From IMG/VR virus record IMGVR_UViG_3300032305_002044, positions 1 to 64,000 of that record: a stretch of DNA of 64,000 nt. The stretch is one strand, 5' to 3'. Made by a program: the position numbers and the translations under genes. Shown here one piece after another: positions 61,634 to 64,000 of this stretch (within the stretch, counting starts at the first letter, position 1; each line of letters opens with the position of its first letter). Source of the stretch: a virus (Duplodnaviria; Caudoviricetes). Below the pieces are notes generated by a model, which saw only the letters and a program-made list of their open reading frames with translations, had not been told where the DNA came from and did no database searches.

Positions 61634-64000
61634 TGGCTCAAGTATCGGTTACAGCACCTCTGTTTACAGTTAATGCCGACGCAAGACCCTCTAACTATTT
61701 AATTAATCACGTTAGCTGGTCAGCTCCAAATGAAAAAATTAACTGGTCAGAAGTTAGGGTTATTCGTAGTACTACTGGTTATCCTATGAACATCAATGAC
61801 GGTGTTCAAATATTTTTAGAGCAACCTTATTCTGTTATTGGTACCGTAGGAACGGTATACACATCTAGTTCGGTTTCTGCTATTACGCATACGGGTGGCG
61901 GTACATATGGTTCAGGTAATACGTATGATTACTACTATGCAATAACTGGCACCGCAAGTGCGTCTGGCACAGGTGCATCATTTAATATTGTGCGGTCTAA
62001 AGACGTACTTGGAGCTATTAGTTCAGTAACTATTAACTCTGCTGGCGGTGATTATGCTGTCGGTGAAACTATTACTATTGATAAAAATAAAATTGGTTTT
62101 TTAAAATTAGACGGAGTAACAGCTGATCCAGCAGGAACTTTAGTAACTGACTTAGTTATTACTGTGGGCGCCGTTAGTGCTGGAACTTCTGGCATTAAAA
62201 CCATAACCCTTACTCAGCCTACTTTACAAGACGTGTCAAATACCACTACTGTTTACTCTAATGTAGCGGCTGTTTCTACCGATAATTCTATTGGCAGCGG
62301 AGTTACTTTTGACGTATCTCGTGCAGGCAATGGTACTGTTGCTACCACTACTACAACGCTTAGAGCTACTGGGGTCAACTATAAAGTTGGTGACATTGTT
62401 CGTGTTCCTGGGTACAGCATCGGCGGTCGCGTTAGTGATCTTCAATTAGGAATTGATACAAATTATCATATTTATGATAAAGGTAATAGTACAGCTGTTA
62501 CTACTAACCCTGGGTATGGAGTAACGGGTACCGACCTACGTGCTTCAAAATATTATTACTCTATTTTTATTAAATACGTAGTTAACGGAGAAACCCTTCC
62601 ACGGTGGAAACGAGTAGCTGCTGTGTCTAGCTTTGCAGTAAAAGATAGCGGAGCGCTAAATGTTATCTTAAATCATATCCCTTTGTTTTATCGTAAAGAC
62701 TACCAAGGTAAAGATAATAAAGATTTAAAAGACTTTATTAGATTATTTGCATTTCATTATGATATGTACTTAATTCAAAGTAACGCTGTGTTTACGGCTA
62801 GTGATCCTAACAATATTGATGATAAATTACTAGCTTTAGCTCTAAAACAATTTGGATTTGATATAAATGATGTTGCTAGCATCACACAAGCTAAAGTAGC
62901 TCTTAGTCAATTAGTAAAGGCATACCAAACTTCAGGTTCTACTGAAGGATTTAAAAATCATATCCAAGTTATCTCTGGGTATGATGCAAATATTAATGCT
63001 GGTAGAAACTTGTTAACTGACTACAACGCCTCTTCATTTATTGAAGGAACTGACTCGTGGTATTTAGACCCTGCTTTTTACACGGCTACTACTTACGTAG
63101 CCACTTTAAGTTTAGCTGGGCCAATTGCCACGGGAACTTCAACTATTGGATCATACACTAACACCAACGGCGTTACTATGACCAGCGCTAGCTCTTCTGG
63201 ATATGTTATTACTGTACCAAGTACTGAAGGGCTTAAGTCTGGCTCTGCCGTAACAGTTACCGCGGGTACTGGCCTTTTTGCTCCAGGAACTGTAGTGACA
63301 TCTATTGATAGTACAACTAAGTTTAAAGTTAATATTATTCCAACAACTACTTTGAGTGGAGCTACGGTTGTATCCTCAAGTATTCTTACTTCAGGTATGG
63401 GTAAAATAACAGTTACAGGAACTACCTCTGTACCAACGTTTAAGCTTGGTTTGAAAAACACTATTACCGCAACTAACTCAGCAATCAATACCAATACTAT
63501 TACTATCAAGCCAATTATTGCTGAAGTTGGCGACTACGTTATTGCTAGTACTACTATCGCTACTACGGGTGCCACACTTAACTATATTCCTAATAACACA
63601 GTAGTTGCTGCAGTTAGTACTGCAGGAGTAGTCACCCTTTCAAAAAATATTACATCAGCCCTTGCTACTGGAACTTCCGTATTATTTAGTACGCCACCAG
63701 CTTCTGATAAAATTGGTGCACTTACCTCTACAATGTTTGTTGATCCAGACAAACCGTATGCGTTTAGTATTAAAGCTAACCGCGCTGGTACTACTGCTGT
63801 AGCCGTTACTGCTTCGATTAACTGGCTTGATAAAAACGGTACTGCAATCTCTAGCACTACGGGAACTTTAAGCACTGGTGCTCAGAGCTCTGGTACAACT
63901 TGGTACACCGCTCAAATTAGTGGTTCCGCCCCATCCAATGCTATATATGCTCAACCTTCATTTTCCGCCGCTAACAACTATTTTGTAGATGCTGCTCAAT
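61633..64000 (+). CDS. Baseplate wedge / tail protein I-like large protein, truncated by the window end (absent from ORF track)
   Basis: TAATG start; frame appears open to 64000; HIPLFYR.D...L..FI..F...YD and GS.EG...I...SGY. Confidence 0.75.
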   Translation, partial: MAQVSVTAPLFTVNADARPSNYLINHVSWSAPNEKINWSEVRVIRSTTGYPMNINDGVQIFLEQPYSVIGTVGTVYTSSSVSAITHTGGGTYGSGNTYDYYYAITGTASASGTGASFNIVRSKDVLGAISSVTINSAGGDYAVGETITIDKNKIGFLKLDGVTADPAGTLVTDLVITVGAVSAGTSGIKTITLTQPTLQDVSNTTTVYSNVAAVSTDNSIGSGVTFDVSRAGNGTVATTTTTLRATGVNYKVGDIVRVPGYSIGGRVSDLQLGIDTNYHIYDKGNSTAVTTNPGYGVTGTDLRASKYYYSIFIKYVVNGETLPRWKRVAAVSSFAVKDSGALNVILNHIPLFYRKDYQGKDNKDLKDFIRLFAFHYDMYLIQSNAVFTASDPNNIDDKLLALALKQFGFDINDVASITQAKVALSQLVKAYQTSGSTEGFKNHIQVISGYDANINAGRNLLTDYNASSFIEGTDSWYLDPAFYTATTYVATLSLAGPIATGTSTIGSYTNTNGVTMTSASSSGYVITVPSTEGLKSGSAVTVTAGTGLFAPGTVVTSIDSTTKFKVNIIPTTTLSGATVVSSSILTSGMGKITVTGTTSVPTFKLGLKNTITATNSAINTNTITIKPIIAEVGDYVIASTTIATTGATLNYIPNNTVVAAVSTAGVVTLSKNITSALATGTSVLFSTPPASDKIGALTSTMFVDPDKPYAFSIKANRAGTTAVAVTASINWLDKNGTAISSTTGTLSTGAQSSGTTWYTAQISGSAPSNAIYAQPSFSAANNYFVDAAQ

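Noticed and set aside
62236-63875. Minus-strand ORFs at the window end
   Set aside because: They shadow a long plus-strand baseplate ORF (61633 onward) that the track omitted because it has no stop in the window
1-64000. Integrase, transposase, reverse transcriptase, tRNA or cas genes
   Set aside because: No supporting motifs were seen in this window; they may exist elsewhere in the genome

Overview
A 64-kb segment of a large dsDNA phage with a contractile tail (myovirus morphotype). The host is probably a low-GC, possibly freshwater, actinobacterium; this is inferred from WhiB, a ClgR-like HTH, a DUF4192-like protein and TTGTCCACA-type DnaA boxes. Layout: (i) 1-6.2 kb, rightward nucleotide-metabolism or modification genes (Pol-beta NTase, glycosyltransferase, HAD-like, TGT-like, class II RNR). 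(ii) 6.3-19.2 kb, a leftward early/accessory arm (small ORFs, MoxR AAA+/vWA pair, DUF932). (iii) 19.5-64 kb, a rightward arm with putative internal head proteins, lysis, packaging, head, fibre, sheath/tube and baseplate genes; the last ORF runs off the window. The most striking unexplained features are non-coding. A ~700-nt tandem array of six long-stem structured domains, five sharing a GAG/CGT closing motif, lies under a translationally coupled ORF (9203-9900). Five multi-hairpin cassettes with terminal inverted repeats each sit next to a perfect TGTGA-N6-TCACA (CRP/GlxR-type) box, and four of these boxes belong to a conserved promoter. Eight perfect boxes occur within ~6 kb, and two cassettes also carry DnaA-box clusters. 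A candidate small RNA has a loop matching the 16S anti-Shine-Dalgarno sequence (31778-31859). A stand-alone HemA dimerisation-domain-like gene (41832-42134) is also notable. No tRNA, rRNA or CRISPR array was seen. All product calls come from motif recognition by eye, not database searches.
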